A DNA stretch of 51,412 nt, from positions 1 to 51,412 of the forward strand of contig JAUCBJ010007796.1 of the NCBI GenBank assembly GCA_032718475.1, read 5' to 3'. Source of the stretch: Nemertoderma westbladi. Its lineage: Eukaryota; Animalia; Xenacoelomorpha. The notes under the pieces were generated by a model. That model saw only the letters and a program-made list of their open reading frames with translations. It ran no database searches and had not been told where the DNA came from. Positions 1 to 9,391 of the stretch are shown piece after piece (position 1 is the stretch's first letter; each line of letters opens with the position of its first letter). A program made the translations under genes and the position numbers.

Positions 1-1237
1 AACCTACTTTCCCTTACTGTTCCCTTGAGCTGCTGAACAGTCTCTTCCATTTCCCTGACCTGCTGAGAGGAGCACAAACAGTGTTCCTTCAGCTGCTCGA
101 GCAGGAGACCCATCTCCCGTCGTCCCTCAGCTACCCACTCAACCGCCGAAGCGGGAGTCGCCAACGTAGTAGCGGGCGAGCGAGAGACGACGGGCGATAA
201 ATTCTTGATCTCTCGCTCGGCGTCCAGGACGGGTTCGGACTCGGGAACAGTCCTACTGGGCACAGGTAGTTTAGTACTGTGCAAAGGGAATTTATAGGCA
301 GTTTCTGGGAGCACAGGTGTCTCTATCACCGAAGGGGTGATTTCAAGAACAGGCCTAATTATTTCAGGCTCATCTACTACAGTAGGGAGTCTTTTTACTG
401 TAATAATTTGGTCTGTGGGTTCTGTGCTACCTAAGTCTGTGCTAGCTAGTTGCCTTCTCCCAGCTGGGGGCAGATTAGGCAATTTCTGACGGTGAGGCAT
501 TCTTCCACGTCTGTCGGAACGAGATCTATTTCCTCCGCCTTCAGGATCAGTGGTATCGCCTTCATCAGGTGACGTAACGCTTGCGTCCTTCTTCTGAGGT
601 TTCTCTGCCGTCGCTTCGCCTTCCACTTGAGAAAAGACGGCGTCTGTTGATTCTCCTTGGGTCATGTGCTCGGTTAGCAGAGCTTTCAATCGAGTCATTG
701 TTTGGACTTTATTACTCACACGCCAAAACAAAGTCTTTACGGCGACCCGCAACGACGTATCTTGGCTTATCCTTGAGACTTTCTCATAGGCTGAAAGAAT
801 TAGTCTGATCCACAGAACTCGTTCGCGAACTTGATAAAGCAGCTCTTCCTGCTCCCGAGGTCCGTAAGGCCGCTGAAACAGCTGCTCCTCCAATCGCCAC
901 AGAGAGCTGAAGAATCTCTGTGCATATTCTGCTACCGACTCCTTCCACATAGCCGAATCCCTAGTGTTCCATACCACTCCCATCCTGTATAAGTCCATCC
1001 AGCCAGCTTTCGATAAGTTAAACGGGAGTCCGGGTCCGGGGAAATTCCATTGCGTCTCGACAATAGACTTCAGTTCCTCCTTCGTGTATCCCGCATAACT
1101 ATCCTTGGTCGATCGCTCACTTTTCGCCCAATCCATCTGGTGCTCCTCCACCGCAATCAATACCCTTTTGAGTACGGCTACAGGAAGGATGAGAAGGGGA
1201 TCCGAACTATCTGACAGTGTCGTTTTGTGTCAGACAT
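1..1237 (-). CDS. N-terminal part of a probable Gag ORF of an LTR retrotransposon, running off the left edge (absent from the ORF track because it has no stop in the window)
   Basis: Hand translation is stop-free from 1229 to 1 (about 409 codons: SDSSDPLLILPVAVLKRVLIAVEEHQMDW...EMEETVQQLKGTVRESR). First in-frame ATG is at 1136; the ATG at 1237 joins the frame if one A is added to an AAAA run. It lies downstream of the LTR at 3532-4649. The Gag call is by position only; no diagnostic motif seen. Confidence 0.6.
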
Positions 1238-1317
1238 GTTTGATTGTACAGTTGAAGGCTTACTGCTATAGTTACAGTTAAAGCAAGTCTAGTAATTCAG
1301 TATGACCACTGGCCTAG

Positions 1318-1590
1318 TACCGGTAATTTATTGCAGTATATTAGAATACCGGTATGCACTTATAATATATATAAGTATTGTAAACTAGGTTTGTCACAGA
1401 GTACCGGTATATAATTTTAACACAGATATATATAAATATATAATAGGCCTATCTTGAATACCGGTATACAGCTTACACTTATAGTATATATAAGTATAAC
1501 TATGAACTAGAATTAATTACAGAGTACCGGTATGATTTCAGCTCAAATTTATAGAAATAAATATTATAAGCCTATGGTAAGTACCGGTAT
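1318..1590. repeat. Degenerate ~55-65 bp tandem repeat, each unit centred on TACCGGTA
   Basis: TACCGGTA at about 1318, 1347, 1402, 1459, 1524 and 1582, with similar AT-rich spacers. Confidence 0.6.
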
Positions 1591-2539
1591 GTCAATTATT
1601 TTTAGAATAATTGAATTCCTGAATATTTTAGGGTTACTTGGTTACTTTAACTTACTTTATTACCGTTATTTAAGCAGTAGTCCAACTGATATTGAGACCT
1701 AGTTGTTGTATGGCAGGCCTACTATTTATAAATCGTTTGAGTTGATTTATAATAGATATATACCCGTTTAAATGGGTTTTTGTCAATATTTGAAATAAAT
1801 GTTATTATTTCTGGGGGAGTCACTACACAGAAGCTGTGCGTTCTCCGTGAAGTGCTATTTATTGGACACTAAAACTGATAATTCTACTTCCTAAGTTACT
1901 TATCTACAAATTACTTACGATACGGGTGAGATTAATTCTCTAATTAAACACAACAAAATATTACGTACGAAATTTTTAGGGTAATTTTACAGGAAGTCTA
2001 CAAACCAGTCCAACAAAGGGTTAGATTTCTGGCTATTACAAAGGACAGGGTACTACGGTATTTAAATAATAAGTAGTAGTAAATATATTGTACTGTCCAG
2101 ATAGGAAAATACCACCGCCTGACGACCTATAACCGTATCGCTATAGGTACTACGTTATGTATCACGGATTGTTCCTACCCAGAAGCTAATAGAGCTAACG
2201 AATGTGCCTATCAACCACTTTACAACACAAATATACTGCCTACACTAATTACTTAGGAAAGCACTGTACACTAAACCCTAAATTAGGTACAAGTACCGGT
2301 ATAACAAATAATCAGTAGTTAAATATACTTGAACAGTTAAAAGAACCACGGCATCTGCTGGAGTGACCGAAGCACAAAATCTCCAGTCTTTACCTACGCC
2401 GAGCAGCCCTGATGTAGTACCGGGGTTAGTTTAACTATAACGGTATGTATAACAAGCACAATTACTGTAGGAATAAACTTGGGGACATGAATGTTGCGAA
2501 TAATCGCATAAACTCTGAATAATAAATAATACGCTACCC

Positions 2540-3040
2540 GTACAGAATACTCAAACAAATACAAACCAAACGCTGGCAGACTACTACTAAGCCTAAACAA
2601 ACTACTGTATGTGCAGATTCTGAAACTGTTAGTTAGTATGCGTGCTAACACGGTAGTACGACTTACTCTTTAAGAGGGGATTGACCTTACAGTGTTGACT
2701 GCCCCAACTTACTAACGGCACTTGATCAGACCAACTCTACACACGCAGCAATCCCTTCAGACCCAAAAATAGCTAGACAACAATCCAGCTTACAAAATAT
2801 CTGAGTAATAACTATTACGGTACCTGAACAGACCACACAAACAAACACAGGCCAAAACACTGGCAGACTACGATCAAGCCTAAATAAACTACAGTATATG
2901 CAGACTCTGAAACTGTTAGTTAGTATGCGTTCTAACACGGTAGAACGACTTATTCTTTAAGAGGGGATTGACCTTCAGCATATGGCTGCCCCAACTTACT
3001 AACGGCACTTTATCAGACCAACTCTACACACACCGTAATC
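2540..3040. repeat. Direct duplication, period 287 bp, in the retroelement leader
   Basis: TGAAACTGTTAGTTAGTATGCG at 2621 and 2908; TTTAAGAGGGGATTGACCTT and CTGCCCCAACTTACTAACGGCACTT also occur twice. Confidence 0.9.
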
Positions 3041-3343
3041 GCTCCAAACTCAACAACAGTCCGACAGCAGCTCAGCCTACAATTATCTGAACAATCTGAG
3101 CAGGGTCACACGCCTTCTGCTCAATATTAGCTTACTAGTAAATAAAACTGACAGAAATAGACCTAAGTAAAATCCCAATAAAAACCAGGCGTCCCCGATT
3201 TAATATCGAGACCTACCGGTATACAATAATCAAAATCGAATAATACTAAATGTACTTGTACAGCAGTACCGGTACCGGTGATGACAGTTAGGCCTACTGA
3301 CCTACAGAAGCACCGGTTCAGTTTTACCAGTCACTACGGTATT

Positions 3344-3537
3344 TTGCAACCTTATTGCCTACTGCAATAAGATTATAACTGTTACTGTTCGTCAGAACAG
3401 TATTAAACTGTATTTAATGCCTACACTTGCAACCTTATTGCTTACTGCAATAAGATAATAACTGTTACTGTTCGCCAGAACAGTATTAAACTGTATTTAA
3501 TGCTTACACTGCAATACAAAATAACTGTTACTGTTCG
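3344..3537. repeat. 83-bp tandem repeat (about 2.3 copies) at the LTR/leader junction
   Basis: TTGCAACCTTATTGC at 3344 and 3427; ATAACTGTTACTGTTCG occurs three times. Confidence 0.9.
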
Positions 3538-4649
3538 CGCTTTTGAAGACCTTTAGCAGTTTAACCTGCCAAAATTTATGTCTTTTAGTTAATTAACACA
3601 CCTTTAGCATACAACAATATTTTATGCTAATAAACAAAACATTAGCCGAAGCCAGCCCATGCGCGATCATTCACCCGATGGATCTACACCCGGGAGGCTG
3701 AATTCGGATGCTTAGATTTTATTATTGCAGTGTAAGATTGCAGTGTAAACCTATTGTATTATTCGATAGATCACTAATAATTAATTTCTGACAGATATTA
3801 TTAACTTTCGGGAAATATTAACAGTTCCTTTAGGACGTGGCGCTCTATCTATTTAAACAGAGCTAGGACTTATACTAAACGCAACGATAAGGCTTATGAT
3901 TAAAGTATAAGTCGCATTCTTTAGGAAATGCTTTGTTACCAGTCACATCACACTCACAATCATGCACACTATATTCTGCCGACCGTCAGTATATTTGATC
4001 ACACATAAAGAGAACCGCAATTGACTCAGGTAGTGTCTACTAAATAACATTAGATTCAATACACACCACATTGATATAAATCGCAATTGTTATATATATA
4101 GCCCGCCTCTCTAACCTGTAGTGTATCAAGAAATTGGGAATTTTGGGTGATTTATCCGTATTCTCCAAAGAGCAATATTTCCATCAACAAATAGATACAA
4201 TTAATAACTGACGGTAAATAGCAGTACAAACAATATGATTAGTGCAGTTAAATTAAGTGAGGTAACACCGCCGGTAACAGTTATACTTTCTATAATCTAA
4301 GCAGTTTACGGTACAGCAGTATCTATCCAAAATGCCGGTGTTTCTGGCTTAGACAGCAATAACAACAAAGTATCCAGAAAAAACAGTAAGACTGAACACT
4401 CTCCTTATGATCGGCTGAAAAGCTACACGTCGACAGGAAAAATCGCTCTGATTGGCTCAAGCCAAACAAAGAACCACGAGTCCAATGGCTGTTTCCATGT
4501 CAGCAACCAGCTGTTAGATGTCGTAATATGAATCATCACGGCTAAGCTGTGAAAGGTGGTTGGTGCATTACAGGTTTTTTGCCTTACCATGTCCGCCAAA
4601 ACACGTATATAGCAGAATGATTTTTATGTCCGTTAAAACACCTGTAACG
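3532..4649 (-). repeat. 5' LTR (~1118 bp)
   Basis: The reverse complement of 3532-3590 matches the end of the solo LTR (TTGGCAGGTTAAACTGCTAAAGGTC...AAAGCGCGAACA). Internal blocks also match (TGACGGTCGGCA, AGCCAATCAGAGC, CGGACATAA). Length is close to the 1125-bp solo LTR. The outer end reads CGTTACA rather than TG, so that boundary is approximate. Confidence 0.7.
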
Positions 4650-4960
4650 GTACCTTGCGGGCGAGGGGAATATATATACAGTTAGAGAACCTTTTAGAGT
4701 ATTCCAGCGCCTGGGGGGAAACTGGATTGCGAAGCAAAAGGGGCCAGTTATATCCCACAGAAGCTTTTACAAAATTACTGAAAAAAAGTGATAAAAAGTG
4801 GTCCGGGACTTTTTTTTTATCGATGAATATTACTTTCTCAGCAAGTCCAAATCTAGATCAGAAATATTATATCTTTGCACTAAAGCCCAGACTTTTGCTC
4901 TGTAAGGATGTTAAATTTAAGTACCCTGCGAAACCTATAGCAAATAAATAACACATTCCC

Positions 4961-5551
4961 TGTGACGGGATCAAGGGATCCCGACCGGATGAATACGCTG
5001 CTCGTCACCGTTGTAGTGGAAAATAAGAGTAAGAGTTCGTTGTTGTTTCTTGATACTCTGAATAACTGGATGTTAATGATAGCACAATAATGGTAACAGG
5101 ATAGCATAGTTTTGATGGGTACCGGTATGAGTCTGAATGTGATGATATATTGGTGACGGTGAGGATTGTCACCAGTCTGCACTAAAAACCAATAACTGAA
5201 ATAACTGATTCACAGACCGGTAGCAGGATAATATATATGTATGGTTACCTCTACATTACTGTGGCCTCTTACTTAGTGGATGCTTCCTTCGCCCCCATTG
5301 GCTAATAATCTACTTCACGCCTCTCCCCTCTCTGGGAGTGTTTCCCCCTGCTGTTGGCCCCTGCTGGTTGTTTCCCCTTCCGAGGTGTTTTGACCTCTGA
5401 CCTACCCTTTGTGTGTGGCTTTGGGGTTGTGTTCTCCCCAGTGTTGGTTGTGATACGAGATTAGTTATTGCTAATCTCGTATCTCCAACATTGCTGAAAA
5501 TGCCACTTCCCATTTTATGAGGGTAGTGCGGCGGAATTGAATCCACTTACA
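4961..5551 (-). repeat. 3' LTR (591 bp)
   Basis: TGTGACGGGATC...ATCCACTTACA, direct repeat of 11604-12211. Confidence 0.95.
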
Positions 5552-5559
5552 CTCCCCCC
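5552..5559 (-). promoter_or_regulatory. Polypurine tract
   Basis: Minus strand GGGGGGAG directly abuts the TGTAAG start of the 3' LTR. Confidence 0.8.
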
Positions 5560-5769
5560 ATGCTATCTTTCCGGTGAGAAGATAGCATCACCTATAAGTG
5601 CGCTTCAATTCCGCTGGAACCTGATCTACTATCGGGTGTGGGGTGGAGTTCTTTTCGTGGAGTCGGCTTTCCAGGCCGCTCCCTCTGGGTATGATATTAC
5701 TACCCCTTCTTGGTGCAACCGCAACCTATGTTGCACCAAGATATCTGACGTCTCCGTTTGAGACAATTG

Positions 5770-6555
5770 TGGAATCCTCACACAATTTTAAAAACCCTCT
5801 CACTCTGAACTGTAACTTCTCACTCTAACTCCACTCTAACTCCACTCTGCTCGCCCCCCACATTCGAATTGCACTCCTCTCACTCTCTCTCATCCTGTCA
5901 ACACCTCCTCTCCATACTTCTCTGTGCTCCTCTCATACTCCCAAAGTGTCAATTTCTTATGCTACCTCTCTCTGTGCTATCATTGTACCTACCTTGCTAC
6001 TTACTTCTTACTTACTACTTACTATGTAACTCTCTTGCTACTTACTTCTTACTTACTACTTATTGACTCTACTACTAACTCTCTAACCCTACTAACGGTA
6101 CTATGTACCCTCTTACTCTCTTTCTACGTGGCCCTTTCGGTGCCCACAACCCCTCTACTCTCTTTCTATGTGGCGCTTTCGGTGCCCACAACCTCTCTAC
6201 TACTACTTTCTACGTGGCGCTTCCGGTGCCCACAACCCCTCTGCTACTACTCGTGGTATGTCAATATACCATACTCCCTTACTGCCTACTTCTAACGCTA
6301 ACGGTACTACGTACCCCTCTACTCCCGTGGTATATTTATATACCACACTCCCTATTCTGCCTACTTCTTACTCTCCTCTTACTTTCTCTTACTAACTTCT
6401 ATCAACTTTCTAACTACTTACTAACTTTCTAACTTTCTACATACTATCTAACTTCTACTAGCTATTACTTTCTACTTACTATCTAACTTTTACTAACTAC
6501 TACTTCTTACTAACTTCTACTTATTTTATTATTTTATTTTATTTATATTTCTTAT
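5770..6555. repeat. C/T-rich low-complexity 3' UTR including three ~40-45 bp repeats (6118-6250)
   Basis: CTACTTACTT and CTAACTTT iterations; CTTTCTAYGTGGCSCTTYCGGTGCCCACAACC occurs three times. Confidence 0.85.
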
Positions 6556-6760
6556 TTGTGTGGGAAGGGCGTCTCGCCCTCTTTCCCACCCCCTTCAGTC
6601 CAACACATTGGATGACTAAACTCTAAGGGATTCCTTGATCTTCCATCGATCCTTCCAGGAGGCACTTTCCCACTGCCCCCCTGTAGGTCCTCTTAATCTT
6701 CGTCCCACTCTCCTCGTCAATTCCAACTCACTAGGAATTGATTCTCCCTCTTCCGCCACT

Positions 6761-9391
6761 TTAAGATCGGGTCTTTCCGCCGCCTTCTTGACTTCCTCGT
6801 CCCCTGGCAGCAAAATGCCACCCCACCTTGTCGTCTCCCTGCGGCAGAATGGAAACAAACCGAAAGGACAGACAAAACAGAACGGACAATAGTAATCCTA
6901 GCCCTTTCCACCCTGTCTTCTTGTTTGACCTTCCCCTTCTCGGTATGCCTCTCAATCGGACGCGCGTCTCCTCCGGACACTCCTCCAGACACTCCTCTGA
7001 ACACTCCTCCGGACATCTCGCCGTCCACTCTTCTCTGTCCCCATACCGATACTTGCCGGGAACATCCTTGTTCCATTCCATCGTCTCCAAGTCTTCCGCG
7101 TCGAATCCATTCTCCACCACCCACTCTCTTCCTATGACTTCCCCTCCTAACTTATCTACCGACGGTATTCTTCTGGAACTATCCTCTATCCTTTCAACAC
7201 GCTCCACTGTGCATGGTTCCAGATCTATAGCCAACTCCTGGTATATTTTCTTGGGCCGCTTCTCACATGGGACTTCCCCATTGCCCGTCTCTGGTTTCTT
7301 CTCTACGTCCTCAATGGTGCCTGGTAGCATGCACCCTGATGTATCCGACACCCTGTGTGGAATCTTGGTTTTAATTGGGCCGCTAAGCGTCCATCCGAAC
7401 GGCATGAGAATCGCCGCCGGATGCCGCTGTCTGTCTTCCCCGAAGATCATCTGTAATCTTTCGTGGGCCGTCGGGCAGTCCATTCCCACTATGATGGATA
7501 CTTTCCTGATGTCCACCTCCGGTATCGAGAAATCGATATCGTCCAGGAACCGGTATTGCTCGACCTCGATCTTAGTTGGTCTTCTGGCATTTATATTGAT
7601 CGATTCTATTATCTGTATGGGGTCGATAGTCGCCCCATAGTCACATCCTGGTGCTATTGCTGATATCTCGCACCGTCCCGTCCTCATCTCCAGGACGTCA
7701 TCTTTACTCGAGATAGTAGTTACCGCCAACCTACTCGACCTCGTCTGTAACCCTATCTCCTCGGCCACCCAATTCTCCACCAGCATGAAGGCTGCTCCGC
7801 TGTCGACCAGCATCAATGTTGTGACTGATCGGCCGCCCCTTCCTGTTATCTTCACTGGCACTACCCCGAGTAGTACTTTCCTCTTACTTCTTGCTCCTGT
7901 CATGCTCGTAGCCATTGCTTGGCCTCCAGTCTCATCGTCTCCTATTGGTGATTCTCTACAATCTCCGGATCTGTGTCCTTCTACCACGCATCGATGACAT
8001 AGTCCGTTTGCGTCCGCGTAGGCTACACGATCTTGTTTAGGCAACGCTTGCCAATGCTTGCAACTCATGGTCTTATGGGTTCCGTCCCTATGCAATTGAC
8101 ATTCGAATCCTGGATTGTAGCGTTCCCTGTATAGTCCTTCACGTATCGCGCGTAGATTTATATCTACCGATTTAGTGTTTTGGTTATTTGGACTCGGCCT
8201 ACAGGGTGTGTTGGGATTTTGTTTGTTCGTGGTGTTATTTTCTTTCTGTCCCTGCCACGGTGTGGCCCTACTCCCAGCTAACTGTGGGCTTGTAGCCCCC
8301 TGTGTGGCCGCGTGTGGTAGCGACTGTCTCACTCTCGGGAATGGATCTGCATGATTGTGTTCGGGTTTAGGCCTGTTGTATTCGGTCTTCGGCGCCTTCC
8401 CCAAACTATCCTCACTGTAGACTGGGTCTGTAATCAACTCTGCTTCGTAGTTGAGGAAGTTCGACATTTCCTCTAGGCCCGGTTCCGCACCTTTCTTCTC
8501 CCGGGTGGAGAAGGCGATCTTCCTCCACTTGCTCCGTAGCCAGATCGGCAGTGCCTGCTCTATCGTGGTGATATTATTAGATGCGTTGAGTTCGTATGGC
8601 GCGTCTAGTGTTTTCAGCACGATTAACGCCTTCTCGACCTTGTTCGCAAAGGTCTTTATGCTAACAGGGTTATCCTGTAGGCCACCCGATGTTATTCCCC
8701 TTAAGGTCTGCCGGATGATCTTGGCTGGGTGTCCGTATTCCCTGTCTAGGGCCCGCCATGCAGTCGTGAAGCCACCCTCGATGCCCTGATACTGCCTCAC
8801 GATGTCGTACGCTGGGCCTCCTGTGTATACCTGTAGATATTTTAGGCACTCCGCCTGCGTCAGGTTCTTAGTTAATATCTCGTTGCTGTACATGCGCCGG
8901 AATTGCAGGTATTCTTCCGGCCTGCTTCCGTCGAATTTAAATGGCTCTACAGGTGGTAGCTCGATCCTGGTCTTCAGCGCATCGATAAGTGTCGCCATTC
9001 CCATTGCCTGTGCTTCCAATGGGTTCGAGGGATGCCGTACAGATTCTCCCATTGGGTGCGGTCCGCCCGTCGGGCCTGTTGACTTTCTCTGCGTCAGATA
9101 TACCATCGGGGGTAACGGCCCCCTCCATATTTCCGTGTCGCACGACCTGTTCTCGTCCAGGGGGTTCGATGTTCTTATTCCTGTTTGAGTGTATTGTTGA
9201 TATTGTAATGGGGGAATGTCACCCTGCCCCCCCCCCCCCACTGGTGGTAGGTTTGGTACTGGGGTTGATGTTAATATATTGGGGCCCATACACCTATCCG
9301 CAATAACTCTCCCCTCCCCTGGATATATGTTATGTCCCTGCATATTATAGTCATGCTGCTGTGCTGGTACCGATATAGGCCTACGCCACAA
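6761..9391 (-). CDS. BEL/Pao Gag (DUF1759-like plus Zn knuckles) fused to an aspartic protease (DUF1758-like); 876-aa intact segment
   Basis: LPPVEPFKFDGS...YLQVYTGGPA...AWRALDREYG (BEL gag core), CQLH...H...C and CHRCVVEGHRSGDC knuckles, VVPVKI...LVDSGA catalytic motif, IIVGMD and PFGWTLSGP. The ORF stops where RT should begin. Confidence 0.9.
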   Translation of the reverse strand: MWRRPISVPAQQHDYNMQGHNIYPGEGRVIADRCMGPNILTSTPVPNLPPVGGGGQGDIPPLQYQQYTQTGIRTSNPLDENRSCDTEIWRGPLPPMVYLTQRKSTGPTGGPHPMGESVRHPSNPLEAQAMGMATLIDALKTRIELPPVEPFKFDGSRPEEYLQFRRMYSNEILTKNLTQAECLKYLQVYTGGPAYDIVRQYQGIEGGFTTAWRALDREYGHPAKIIRQTLRGITSGGLQDNPVSIKTFANKVEKALIVLKTLDAPYELNASNNITTIEQALPIWLRSKWRKIAFSTREKKGAEPGLEEMSNFLNYEAELITDPVYSEDSLGKAPKTEYNRPKPEHNHADPFPRVRQSLPHAATQGATSPQLAGSRATPWQGQKENNTTNKQNPNTPCRPSPNNQNTKSVDINLRAIREGLYRERYNPGFECQLHRDGTHKTMSCKHWQALPKQDRVAYADANGLCHRCVVEGHRSGDCRESPIGDDETGGQAMATSMTGARSKRKVLLGVVPVKITGRGGRSVTTLMLVDSGAAFMLVENWVAEEIGLQTRSSRLAVTTISSKDDVLEMRTGRCEISAIAPGCDYGATIDPIQIIESININARRPTKIEVEQYRFLDDIDFSIPEVDIRKVSIIVGMDCPTAHERLQMIFGEDRQRHPAAILMPFGWTLSGPIKTKIPHRVSDTSGCMLPGTIEDVEKKPETGNGEVPCEKRPKKIYQELAIDLEPCTVERVERIEDSSRRIPSVDKLGGEVIGREWVVENGFDAEDLETMEWNKDVPGKYRYGDREEWTARCPEECSEECLEECPEETRVRLRGIPRRGRSNKKTGWKGLGLLLSVLFCLSFRFVSILPQGDDKVGWHFAARGRGSQEGGGKTRS

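Larger units (their letters stand above)
1..4649 (-). mobile_element. 5' portion of an LTR retrotransposon (LTR, ~2.3-kb leader, ORF start)
   Basis: LTR homologous to the TSD-flanked solo LTR at 26950-28074, followed on the minus strand by a repeat-rich leader and a long ORF. Confidence 0.7.

Noticed and set aside
5869-6432. Leu/Tyr/Thr-rich plus-strand ORFs
   Set aside because: By-products of C/T-rich low-complexity repeats antisense to the element.
6828-9306. Plus-strand ORFs of 270, 112, 128 and 105 aa
   Set aside because: Antisense shadows of the GC-rich gag-protease ORF, with no motifs.
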